A DNA stretch of 24,000 bases, taken from Candidatus Pacearchaeota archaeon (GTDB lineage Archaea > Nanobdellota > Nanobdellia > Pacearchaeales > GW2011-AR1). Of the stretch, positions 7,697 to 16,408 are shown in pieces (position 1 is the first letter of the stretch; each line of letters starts with the position of its first letter). Made by a program: the position numbers and the translations under genes. The stretch covers positions 32,326-56,325 of the forward strand of contig JBEKXS010000002.1 in the NCBI GenBank assembly GCA_049511795.1, written 5' to 3'. The notes beneath the pieces were generated by a model. That model did not search any database and was not told the DNA's origin. It saw nothing but the letters and a program-made list of their open reading frames with translations.

Positions 7697-8581
7697 ATGG
7701 AACTAAACAAGGAAAAAATCCTCAAGGCAGGAAAAATAACAAAAGAAACAAGAGATTATGCAAAAACAATTGTAAAAAAAGGCGTTCCTTTGCTAGAAAT
7801 AGCTGAAAAAATAGAAGCAAAAATAGAAAGCCTCGGAGGAAAGCCTGCATTTCCAACAAATTTAAGCATAAACGAGGTTGCAGCACATTACACTCCAGGT
7901 CATGATGATAAAACACTGGCACATGGGTTGATTAAAGTTGATTTCGGTGTCCATTTTGATGGCTTCACAGCTGATAATTCTATTTCATTTGACCTTGAAA
8001 ACAGCGAAGAAAACAAAAAACTTATTTCAGCAGCAGAAGAAGCTTTGAAAAAAGCGATTGAGATTGTTAAAGTTGGAGTTTCTGCAAATAAAATCGGCAA
8101 AGTTATTCAAGACACTATAGAATCAAAAGGTTTTACTCCAATAATAAATCTCTCAGGCCATAGTATGGAACAATATGAGTTGCATGCAGGAGTTACAATT
8201 CCAAATATAGATGATGGTCGTGGTGTTATCCTAAAAGAAGGCCTTTATGCCATAGAACCATTCACAACAGCAGGCAGTGGTAAGGTTCGTGATGGTCGCC
8301 ATTCCGGAATTTACAATTTGCAAAACACAAAAAAGCCAAGAAGCCAAACAGCAAGAGAAATCCTGGATTTCATTGAAAAAGAATACAACACATTGCCTTT
8401 CTGCTCAAGATGGATTGTAAAAAAATTTGGTCCGAAAGCTCTATTTGCATTAAACGAGCTTGAATTAAACGGAAATCTTCATCAATATGACCAGTTAGTT
8501 GAAATTTCTGGGAAGCCCGTAGGTCAGGCAGAACACACCATTCTTGTAGAAAAAGACAAAGTTACTGTGACAACGATTTAA
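7697..8581 (+). CDS. map: Methionine aminopeptidase, type 2
   Basis: FPTNLSINEVAAHYTP; VDFGVHFDGFTADNS; GHSMEQYELHAG; AIEPFTTAGSG; QAEHTILV. Start moved from the track ATG at 7676 to 7697 (MELNKEKILKAG...) on promoter geometry. Confidence 0.9.
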   Translation: MELNKEKILKAGKITKETRDYAKTIVKKGVPLLEIAEKIEAKIESLGGKPAFPTNLSINEVAAHYTPGHDDKTLAHGLIKVDFGVHFDGFTADNSISFDLENSEENKKLISAAEEALKKAIEIVKVGVSANKIGKVIQDTIESKGFTPIINLSGHSMEQYELHAGVTIPNIDDGRGVILKEGLYAIEPFTTAGSGKVRDGRHSGIYNLQNTKKPRSQTAREILDFIEKEYNTLPFCSRWIVKKFGPKALFALNELELNGNLHQYDQLVEISGKPVGQAEHTILVEKDKVTVTTI

Positions 8582-8984
8582 AATCATAAAGTGAGTCAGA
8601 AACTTTCAAAGCTTGTCTTATATAATCTGCTATTTCTTTCACATGTTCTTTACCTTTTATTAAATAACCGAAAGCTCCGTTTTTCATAGCAATCATACCT
8701 ATTGAAGAATCTCCTATATAAAACAAAATAAAAGGAATATGTCTAAATTCATCTTTTTTGGCATATTTTTCTATTATCTCGCTTCCTGTAATTCCAGGCA
8801 TTCTGTTATCTGTAATAACTAATCTCACATTTCCAACATCTTCAGCTAATCTTCTTTCTAAAGAACTTCCATCAGCAAAATCTTCTATAGAATATTCTGG
8901 AAAAAATCTCTTCCAGGCTAATCCATAAACTTTTCTAAGGTTGTCATCATCTTCTGCATATAAAATTACTTTTCTTTCTGTCAT
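8562..8984 (-). CDS. Stand-alone response-regulator receiver (CheY-like REC) domain protein
   Basis: 140 aa. VILYAEDDDN (acidic pocket), RLVITDNRMPGITG (phospho-acceptor Asp context), GAFGYLIKGK (conserved Lys). No output domain. The 3' end overlaps the map 3' end by 20 nt (8562-8581). Confidence 0.75.
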   Translation of the reverse strand: MTERKVILYAEDDDNLRKVYGLAWKRFFPEYSIEDFADGSSLERRLAEDVGNVRLVITDNRMPGITGSEIIEKYAKKDEFRHIPFILFYIGDSSIGMIAMKNGAFGYLIKGKEHVKEIADYIRQALKVSDSLYDFKSLSQ

Positions 8985-9014
8985 AAAAATCCTTAAAGAA
9001 TTCTACTTTTAAAC

Positions 9015-11996
<2,982 letters not shown>

Positions 11997-11997
11997 T

Positions 11998-12129
11998 TTA
12001 TTTCTTTTTTTCCTTGACAACTCTTACTTGAAAGCTGTTTTTTATTTTTTTGAATGAGTTTTTTATATCTCTTCCAGCTTCTTTCAAAGCTTTCTTTTCT
12101 TTATCAGTTATTTCCAAAACGATTTTCAT
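11998..12129 (-). CDS. 43-codon micro-ORF between the Zn-ribbon/AbrB gene and cdc48
   Basis: My translation: [43 protein letters not shown]. Its ATG overlaps the upstream TGA (ATGA at 12126-12129) and its TAA ends 1 nt before the cdc48 ATG. Only this positional coupling supports it. Confidence 0.3.
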   Translation of the reverse strand: MKIVLEITDKEKKALKEAGRDIKNSFKKIKNSFQVRVVKEKKK

Positions 12130-12557
12130 TTTTTCTTTTTTATTTCAGTTATTTTTATTCCGTTTATGTCATGAACTTCTTTACCAAGCTCTTTTTCAAG
12201 CTCATCATTATCTGTCTGAGTTTGCCCAAAATTCAAGCTTAATCTTCCGAAATTCTCAAAGCAAAGCTTAACCATGTCATCCATTATTTTTTCCTGATCT
12301 TTTATGAATGAAACAATTTCTTTTGGGATTGAAACAGCATAACTGTTGCCAACAAGCCTCATTTTAACATGAAATTCTTTGCTTTTCAAGTCATTAAATT
12401 TAACAAACTCTGCTTCATCATTTGGATGAATTATTTTGCTGCCACAGTTTGGGCAAACAACAGCCCTTAGAGCAAAACCATTTTTTATCAGCTGAGCTTT
12501 CTGCATTTTAGTGCTGCATTTGTTGCAAAGTATTGTGTTGTCAAAAACGTCTGTCAT
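12126..12557 (-). CDS. Zn-ribbon + AbrB/SpoVT-like (swapped-hairpin) domain protein
   Basis: 143 aa. CNKCSTKM...(19 aa)...CPNCGSKI forms a C4 ribbon. HVKMRLVGNSYAVSIPKEIVSFIKD matches the vGNSxavtIPKei core of AbrB/MazE/SpoVT domains. Acidic/basic tail. No canonical TATA at -25.5. Confidence 0.55.
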   Translation of the reverse strand: MTDVFDNTILCNKCSTKMQKAQLIKNGFALRAVVCPNCGSKIIHPNDEAEFVKFNDLKSKEFHVKMRLVGNSYAVSIPKEIVSFIKDQEKIMDDMVKLCFENFGRLSLNFGQTQTDNDELEKELGKEVHDINGIKITEIKKKK

Positions 12558-12589
12558 TTTTTGTTATATTTTTTGTTTGTTTTTAGCAT

Positions 12590-12660
12590 AAAACTACCGT
12601 GCCTTTGCAGACACGGCGGTTGGGTCGAAAAGAGGTTGTATATCTTGTATACACTTCAAT
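12590..12660 (-). ncRNA. Candidate ~70-nt small RNA or structured 5' leader (two hairpins and a U-run)
   Basis: The predicted start is about 25 nt downstream of the orphan TATA 12682-12689. The minus-strand RNA is AUUGAAGUGUAUACAAGAUAUACAACCUCUUUUCGACCCAACCGCCGUGUCUGCAAAGGCACGGUAGUUUU. It has a 6-bp AU-rich hairpin (UGUAUA/UAUACA). An 8-bp hairpin at 12596-12617 (GCCGUGUC/GGCACGGU, loop UGCAAA) includes two G-U pairs that would be A-C mismatches on the plus strand. UUUU follows at 12590-12593. Confidence 0.3.
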
Positions 12661-12681
12661 GTATACACACATAACATATAC

Positions 12682-12689
12682 TATTTAAA
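12682..12689 (-). promoter_or_regulatory. Orphan TATA box (TTTAAATA on the minus strand) with no start codon at the usual distance
   Basis: Same 8-mer as the polB TATA. The position 25.5 nt downstream (12660) is ATT, not a start codon; the next ATG-initiated gene starts at 12557. The core ATTTAAAT (12683-12690) is palindromic, so it could in principle also fire in the plus direction. Confidence 0.4.
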
Positions 12690-12696
12690 TATTTCG

Positions 12697-12717
12697 GTGA
12701 TGGTGGTGATGGTGATG
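12697..12717. repeat. Imperfect GGTGAT hexamer microsatellite
   Basis: gtgatggtggtgatggtgatg lies in the 3' flank of the 12728-12985 gene and reads as CAT/CAC x7 on the minus strand. Confidence 0.6.
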
Positions 12718-12727
12718 AAATATTTAT

Positions 12728-12985
12728 TTAAGCAAGAACGAGGACAGACTTTCCTTCAATAGGATAATTCCCTTTATCCCTAATTAAAATACAAATCATT
12801 TCATAGCATGAAGAATGCAACTGTCCATACCCCTCAACATAAAATTCCCTTTCAGCAATAGGAGTATCTTTAGGAACATTTGTAAGCTCACCGCAACGAA
12901 CACACTTTTCCAAATCTTGGATTGGTCTCGTTACTCCTGTATCAACAACTTCATCGTTTATTATTTTTAACAGCCTTAATTCCAT
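12728..12985 (-). CDS. Hypothetical small Cys/His-containing protein
   Basis: The track ORF starts at a GTG (13030). ATG codons occur at 13003 and 12985, and the 12985 ATG (MELRLLKIINDEVVD...) is exactly 25.5 nt from TATA 13007-14. Contains CVRCG ... HSSCYEMIC, a possible Zn site. No family recognised. Confidence 0.45.
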   Translation of the reverse strand: MELRLLKIINDEVVDTGVTRPIQDLEKCVRCGELTNVPKDTPIAEREFYVEGYGQLHSSCYEMICILIRDKGNYPIEGKSVLVLA

Positions 12986-13006
12986 GTCAGAAGCATTTGT
13001 CATTAA

Positions 13007-13014
13007 TTTATAAA
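13007..13014 (-). promoter_or_regulatory. TATA box (palindromic TTTATAAA) for the 12728-12985 gene
   Basis: Centre 13010.5 is 25.5 nt from the ATG at 12985. Confidence 0.45.
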
Positions 13015-13030
13015 CTTTTTCGACAAACAC

Positions 13031-13038
13031 TTTAAAAA
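13031..13038 (+). promoter_or_regulatory. TATA box (TTTAAAAA) for the signal peptidase gene
   Basis: Centre 13034.5 is 25.5 nt from the ATG at 13060. Confidence 0.55.
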
Positions 13039-13059
13039 CTATTAATAATTAAGTGTCTA

Positions 13060-13689
13060 ATGGCTGAAGAAAAGGGGCTGAAGTATTACTTGAAAAGATT
13101 TTGGTTCCTTCTTTGGAAAGATGATAGCTTAAAGGGCTGGATTTTCTCGATAATTTTCCTTTTCATATTCATAAAATTCATTTTCTTCCCTGTTCTTAGT
13201 CTTGCAACAGGAACTTCTCTGCCTTTGGCAATTGTAGAATCATGCAGCATGTATCATCAAGGAAACCTTTTCAGTGATTTCAATGCCTGGTGGACAAGAC
13301 ATGATGCAAAATATGCTCTTTACATAATAAATGAACTTGATTTCCAAGCTTTTCCGCTGAAAAACGGATTTAACAAAGGAGATATTCTCTTCATTGTGCA
13401 TGTAGATCCTTCAAAACTCAAGGTCGGAGACATAATAATTTTCAATGCAGGCCAGGCAAATCCAATAATACACAGAATTGTAAACATAACAGAAACAAAC
13501 GGGCAGGAAACATTCTCGACAGAAGGAGATAACAACAATGGTCAGCTCACTTTTGAAAACGGAATAACAGGAAACCAGATTGTAGGAAAAGCTGTTCTCA
13601 AGGTAGCTCCTTATCTTGGATGGGTAAAGCTTATATTTTACGATTGGGAAAAGCCAGTTGGAGAAAGAGGATTTTGTCATGAGAATTAG
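13060..13689 (+). CDS. Signal peptidase I, archaeal/ER Sec11-type (S26B)
   Basis: 209 aa. N-terminal TM anchor, AIVESCSMYHQG (Ser nucleophile box), GDIIIFNAGQANPIIHRIV (His box), STEGDNNNG (GDNN box). Confidence 0.7.
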   Translation: MAEEKGLKYYLKRFWFLLWKDDSLKGWIFSIIFLFIFIKFIFFPVLSLATGTSLPLAIVESCSMYHQGNLFSDFNAWWTRHDAKYALYIINELDFQAFPLKNGFNKGDILFIVHVDPSKLKVGDIIIFNAGQANPIIHRIVNITETNGQETFSTEGDNNNGQLTFENGITGNQIVGKAVLKVAPYLGWVKLIFYDWEKPVGERGFCHEN

Positions 13690-13742
13690 TTTGAAAATAA
13701 TAAATAACTATATAAACATTCAATTAATAAAAAACAAATAAA

Positions 13743-14051
13743 ATGGAATTTTGTCCAAAGTGTGGTTCTGTTCTTGTGCAAAAAAGAAAGAATGACGGTT
13801 GCCCTAGATGCAATTATTCCTCAAAATCAAGAGTAAAGCTAAAGACCTCTGAAAAAATGGATGAGAAGAAGGAAATTGCAGTTGTAAAAGACAAAGATGT
13901 TGAAATTTATCCAATAATTGAAGGCGAATGCAAGAAATGCGGGCACAACAAGGTTTATTTCTGGACAATGCAGACAAGGGCAAGTGATGAATCAGAAACA
14001 AAGTTCTTCAAATGCACAAAATGCGACTTTACTTGGCGTGAATACAGGTAA
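13743..14051 (+). CDS. tfs: Transcription factor S (TFS / RpoM-like)
   Basis: 102 aa. N-terminal ribbon CPKCG...CPRCN; C-terminal ribbon CKKCGHNKVYFWTMQTRASDESETKFFKCTKCDFTW, carrying the acidic QTRxxDE hairpin typical of TFS/TFIIS domain III. Confidence 0.9.
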   Translation: MEFCPKCGSVLVQKRKNDGCPRCNYSSKSRVKLKTSEKMDEKKEIAVVKDKDVEIYPIIEGECKKCGHNKVYFWTMQTRASDESETKFFKCTKCDFTWREYR

Positions 14052-14059
14052 GAACTGAA

Positions 14060-14064
14060 TTTTT
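14060..14064 (+). terminator. Oligo-T run (T5) downstream of tfs
   Basis: GAATTTTTCTG, 9 nt after the stop. Confidence 0.35.
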
Positions 14065-14073
14065 CTGCTAAGC

Positions 14074-14081
14074 TTTAAAAA
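14074..14081 (+). promoter_or_regulatory. TATA box (TTTAAAAA) for the 14103 gene
   Basis: Centre 14077.5 is 25.5 nt from the ATG at 14103. Confidence 0.55.
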
Positions 14082-14102
14082 TACATTTCAATTATACTAT
14101 TT

Positions 14103-14684
14103 ATGGAATTAAGAGGTGAAGAGATGGAAGACTTGGAAGAGGATGAAAGTGATTTGGAAGAAGTCAAAGAAAGTTCTGAAATAAGATTTGGGATAAAAAC
14201 ATATGATGATGTTTTCTCTGATTTTGATCCAAGACCGATTTCACAGCGTGGATTATCAGAGGATTTTTTGGTTGAAGCAAAAAGAGCAAGCATGGTGAAG
14301 GATGCCAGCAGAATAGATTTTATTTTTACAGTTCCAAAAAATATCCGAGACTTAAAAAAAGAGGCAAGGATATCTGAGAGGCTAAAAAAATATTTCAGAA
14401 AACACTATGAACTTCTTCAAAAGGAAAAAGATAAAATAGTAAATCAGGGGATTTGGTTTCTTATATTCGGGATTATTGTGATGTTCGCTGCAACTTTCCT
14501 GACTTTTAAATATGAAGGAAATAATTTTATCACAAGTTTTTTCACAGTTCTATTTCAGCCAGCTGGGTGGTGGCTTTTCTGGGAAGGATGCCAACTTCTT
14601 GTGTTTGATTCAAAGAAAGACAACCCCAATATAGAGTTCCACAAAAGAATGGCAAGCACCTCAATAAGGTTTGTTTCTATATAG
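14103..14684 (+). CDS. Hypothetical protein with an acidic N-terminus and two C-terminal TM helices
   Basis: 193 aa. MELRGEEMEDLEEDESDLEEVKE..., then WFLIFGIIVMFAATFLTF and FFTVLFQPAGWWLFWEGCQLLVF. Promoter geometry supports the start. Confidence 0.55.
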   Translation: MELRGEEMEDLEEDESDLEEVKESSEIRFGIKTYDDVFSDFDPRPISQRGLSEDFLVEAKRASMVKDASRIDFIFTVPKNIRDLKKEARISERLKKYFRKHYELLQKEKDKIVNQGIWFLIFGIIVMFAATFLTFKYEGNNFITSFFTVLFQPAGWWLFWEGCQLLVFDSKKDNPNIEFHKRMASTSIRFVSI

Positions 14685-14703
14685 AAACACTTCAGGAAAG
14701 GTT

Positions 14704-14711
14704 TTTTAAAA
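14704..14711 (+). promoter_or_regulatory. TATA box (TTTTAAAA) for tRNA-Lys
   Basis: Centre 14707.5 is 26.5 nt from the mature tRNA 5' end at 14734. Confidence 0.45.
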
Positions 14712-14733
14712 CAAGTATATTTACTTTGACTAA

Positions 14734-14808
14734 GGCTCCGTAGCTCAGTCTGGCCAGAGCACTGGACTCTTAATCCAGGTGTCGTGGGTTCAAATCCCAT
14801 CGGGGCCA
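14734..14808 (+). tRNA. tRNA-Lys (anticodon CUU), 75 nt, no intron, CCA not encoded
   Basis: Hand-folded cloverleaf. Acceptor GGCTCCG/CGGGGCC (one G-U); D stem GCTC/GAGC; anticodon stem CTGGA/TCCAG with loop CTCTTAA (anticodon CTT); variable GTGTC; T stem GTGGG/CCCAT with loop TTCAAAT; discriminator A. Confidence 0.95.
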
Positions 14809-14809
14809 C

Positions 14810-14813
14810 TTTT
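14810..14813 (+). terminator. T4 run directly after the tRNA
   Basis: ...GGGGCCACTTTTATCC. Confidence 0.35.
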
Positions 14814-15009
14814 ATCCTCTATGCTTGAAATATTCAATCTGCCTGAATCTTTTCAGGACATGCCTATAGCTGCCTTTTGGAACGAGAACTTTTGTCTTTG
14901 CTTCATTTAGAAGTCGAAAATCATATTTTGCCACTGATTCCTTCAGCTTGTCTTTTCCAGGATATTTTTTCCAGCGCTTCTCTTTTTTCGGCTTGTATTG
15001 TAAAACCAT
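14812..15009 (-). CDS. Hypothetical small basic protein (65 aa)
   Basis: MVLQYKPKKEKRWKKYPGKDKLKESVAKYDFRLLNEAKTKVLVPKGSYRHVLKRFRQIEYFKHRG. The ATG is 25.5 nt from TATA 15031-38. No family recognised. The stop lies 3 nt from the tRNA 3' end. Confidence 0.5.
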   Translation of the reverse strand: MVLQYKPKKEKRWKKYPGKDKLKESVAKYDFRLLNEAKTKVLVPKGSYRHVLKRFRQIEYFKHRG

Positions 15010-15030
15010 AATTAATCAAAGAAATCCTAA

Positions 15031-15038
15031 TTAATAAA
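15031..15038 (-). promoter_or_regulatory. TATA box (TTTATTAA on the minus strand) for the 14812-15009 gene
   Basis: Centre 15034.5 is 25.5 nt from the ATG at 15009. Confidence 0.5.
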
Positions 15039-15045
15039 TATTAAC

Positions 15046-15100
15046 AAAAATAAAAAGAAAAAACAAGAAAAACATTAACAAATAAGAAAAATAAACAAAA
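15046..15100 (-). terminator. Cluster of oligo-T runs (minus strand) downstream of the wHTH gene
   Basis: The plus strand is almost pure A/C/G-poly-A (caaaaataaaaagaaaaaacaagaaaaacattaacaaataagaaaaataaacaaaa). This gives several T4-T6 runs on the transcribed strand, starting about 20-30 nt after the stop at 15119. Confidence 0.4.
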
Positions 15101-15118
15101 TTTGGGGCGGTAGAATTA

Positions 15119-15385
15119 CTATCTTATAAGCTTTTGAATGTTTTCAATTGCGTCTGCGACTTCTTTGCCTTTCTTGGTCAATTTTATAACTTTTATCCGC
15201 CCTCTTTTTTCGAAATCGACCAGGCTCAAAGCCTCAAGTGTCTGCAGTATCTTAACTGCATGGCTGTATGTGCAATCAACTTCCTTAGCCAAAATACTAC
15301 CATACCTCATCCTAGTGTTCTTTTTCAAAGATACCAGCATTAATGCCGGCTTTCTCCTAAAAAAGATGTCAAAGTTGTCTTTCAT
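15119..15385 (-). CDS. Small winged-helix (wHTH) transcriptional regulator
   Basis: 88 aa. RMRYGSILAKEVDCTYSHAVKILQTLEALSLVDFEKRGRIKVIKLTKKGKEVA is a typical HTH plus wing (gR...v.LTkkG) arrangement, as in ArsR/MarR/TrmB-like proteins. Confidence 0.6.
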   Translation of the reverse strand: MKDNFDIFFRRKPALMLVSLKKNTRMRYGSILAKEVDCTYSHAVKILQTLEALSLVDFEKRGRIKVIKLTKKGKEVADAIENIQKLIR

Positions 15386-15407
15386 TTTTGGATGTGTGTA
15401 TTTAGAT

Positions 15408-15415
15408 GTATATAT
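15408..15415 (-). promoter_or_regulatory. TATA box (ATATATAC on the minus strand) for the wHTH gene
   Basis: Centre 15411.5 is 26.5 nt from the ATG at 15385. Confidence 0.45.
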
Positions 15416-15479
15416 CCCATCAGTGATGTGCTTTTAAATGTTTTGGAAGCTATATATCTAAAAAGTTTTTATTAATTTT

Positions 15480-15980
15480 TTAGAACTTATACAGGAAAAC
15501 ATGGCCATCTCTCCTTGATGGTTTCATTCCTCTGAGTCTCCATGTGTTTGAAACAACTTTTGTCCCTTTTCTCATTTCTTTTTTCAGTTTTTTTTCCAAA
15601 TGGGGCATTACATGCCATACTTGAAACACAGAAACAATGTCAAACTTGGATAAATCAGCATTCCAGAAGTTTTCTTGTTTAATTATTGCGTTTTTTTGCA
15701 AACCGAGCCTTCTAATTCTCCATCTTGAAATCCATACAAGCAATGGATTTATTTCAAAGCCAGTAATAATTGCTCCTTTCTTTGCAAATTCAATAACAAG
15801 CTTTCCATTTCCAGATCCAAGCTCTGCAACTTTCTGCCCTTTCTTTACTTGTGAAAGTTTAATCATCTTCCTGGCAGCAGAACTGCTTGAGGCCTGATAT
15901 GGAGCTCCAAAAAGAAAGCCAGAAAGCCAGAGAAAAATAATAAGAAAGCAAATTATACCTAAAATAAGATATAAAATCAT
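15480..15980 (-). CDS. Membrane-anchored class I SAM-dependent methyltransferase
   Basis: 166 aa. N-terminal TM MILYLILGIICFLIIFLWLSGFLF, then VAELGSGNGKLVIEFAKKGAIITGFEINPLL (GxGxG SAM motif and acidic residue at the end of beta-2). The architecture resembles TM-anchored lysine methyltransferases, but the substrate is unknown. Confidence 0.6.
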   Translation of the reverse strand: MILYLILGIICFLIIFLWLSGFLFGAPYQASSSSAARKMIKLSQVKKGQKVAELGSGNGKLVIEFAKKGAIITGFEINPLLVWISRWRIRRLGLQKNAIIKQENFWNADLSKFDIVSVFQVWHVMPHLEKKLKKEMRKGTKVVSNTWRLRGMKPSRRDGHVFLYKF

Positions 15981-15981
15981 T

Positions 15982-16326
15982 TTATCTGAAATGGATTATG
16001 CTAAAAGTTATCAATGTCTGAACTATGACCAATCCTGCGTTAAGGAAAGTTATTGGTTTCTCTTTGTGGACAATCCCATAAAACATCCACATCAAAGAGA
16101 AGAATGAAAAACCAATCCATGCAAGCAATGACAATCCGTCAGCACTGTGAGTTGTCCAAATTTGGTATAATTGTATTGTATTAAGCAAAGGCAAGATAAT
16201 TGCACTTGCATATATTATATCATCTAGCATCCTGCCTGTCGCAGTTGGATGCGGATAGGCCTCTTTTTTCTGCTGAATCCTTTTTCTTAGGCTCATGTGA
16301 TAGTGAGCTGTGTTGAATGTTGGCAT
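15982..16326 (-). CDS. SemiSWEET / PQ-loop-like 3-TM transporter with an N-terminal extension
   Basis: 114 aa. IIYASAIILPLLNTIQLYQIWTTHSADGLSLLAWIGFSFFSLMWMFYGIVHKEKPITFLNAGLVIVQTLITFSI follows the SemiSWEET pattern (..Q......s..glS...w......lW..YG). Its stop lies 1 nt from the methyltransferase ATG. Confidence 0.55.
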   Translation of the reverse strand: MPTFNTAHYHMSLRKRIQQKKEAYPHPTATGRMLDDIIYASAIILPLLNTIQLYQIWTTHSADGLSLLAWIGFSFFSLMWMFYGIVHKEKPITFLNAGLVIVQTLITFSIIHFR

Positions 16327-16347
16327 TAATAAAAATAGATTTTCTGG

Positions 16348-16355
16348 ATTAAAAA
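16348..16355 (-). promoter_or_regulatory. TATA box (TTTTTAAT on the minus strand) for the SemiSWEET-methyltransferase pair
   Basis: Centre 16351.5 is 25.5 nt from the ATG at 16326. Confidence 0.5.
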
Positions 16356-16378
16356 TCTATCTGAGACCATATGAAAAA

Positions 16379-16386
16379 TTTATAAA
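16379..16386 (+). promoter_or_regulatory. TATA box (TTTATAAA) for topA
   Basis: Centre 16382.5 is 26.5 nt from the ATG at 16409. This supports the long form with the Lys-rich N-terminus. Confidence 0.5.
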
Positions 16387-16408
16387 ACACTGGTTTCCTC
16401 TATAAAGA

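Noticed and set aside
11997-12020. Track start of cdc48 at 12020 (a TTG), giving MSRKKRNK before MTDKK. Similar cases are the GT2 M at 23924 (internal TTG), the map ATG at 7676 and the GTG at 13030.
   Set aside because: The cdc48 extension uses TTG and overlaps the coupled micro-ORF in another frame, and an ATG follows at 11996. The GT2 frame is open beyond 23924 and encodes the conserved SIVVPCYNEE N-terminal motif. The 7676 ATG abuts the map TATA box, and the GTG at 13030 abuts the TATA box of the divergent signal peptidase gene (13031-13038).
12663-12672. The 10-mer ATGTGTGTAT (minus strand here) recurs on the plus strand at 15392-15401, between TATA and ATG of the wHTH regulator gene. It could be a shared operator.
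   Set aside because: A single 10-nt match between two sites in 48 kb of two-strand AT-rich sequence is within chance expectation, and the orientation relative to the genes differs. Kept only as a note.
12697-12717. Seven consecutive His codons (CAT CAC CAT CAC CAC CAT CAC) on the minus strand just after the stop of the 12728-12985 gene, resembling a His tag or a His-rich extension reached by recoding.
   Set aside because: The His frame is closed by TAA on both sides (12724-12726 and 12685-12687) and has no start codon. It is out of frame with the upstream gene, and a stop blocks any simple frameshift route. The best explanation is a GGTGAT-type microsatellite.
12712-12718. GTGATGA on the plus strand matches a C-box (RUGAUGA) of C/D-box sRNAs.
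   Set aside because: No D-box CTGA within the following ~70 nt and no terminal stem. The downstream sequence is the antisense of a coding region. The motif is a by-product of the GGTGAT repeat.
14555-14809. An 84-aa minus-strand ORF overlapping tRNA-Lys.
   Set aside because: It spans the tRNA gene and the 3' end of a supported plus-strand CDS. Its sequence (…MGFEPTTPGLRVQCSGQTEL) is simply the tRNA antisense translation.
14734-15385. A possible integrated element at the tRNA-Lys 3' end (small basic protein, wHTH regulator and an A-rich tract right after a tRNA).
   Set aside because: No integrase or recombinase, no direct repeat of the tRNA 3' end found by eye downstream, and no obvious compositional break. 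The A-rich tract is adequately explained as oligo-T terminators plus a promoter on the minus strand.
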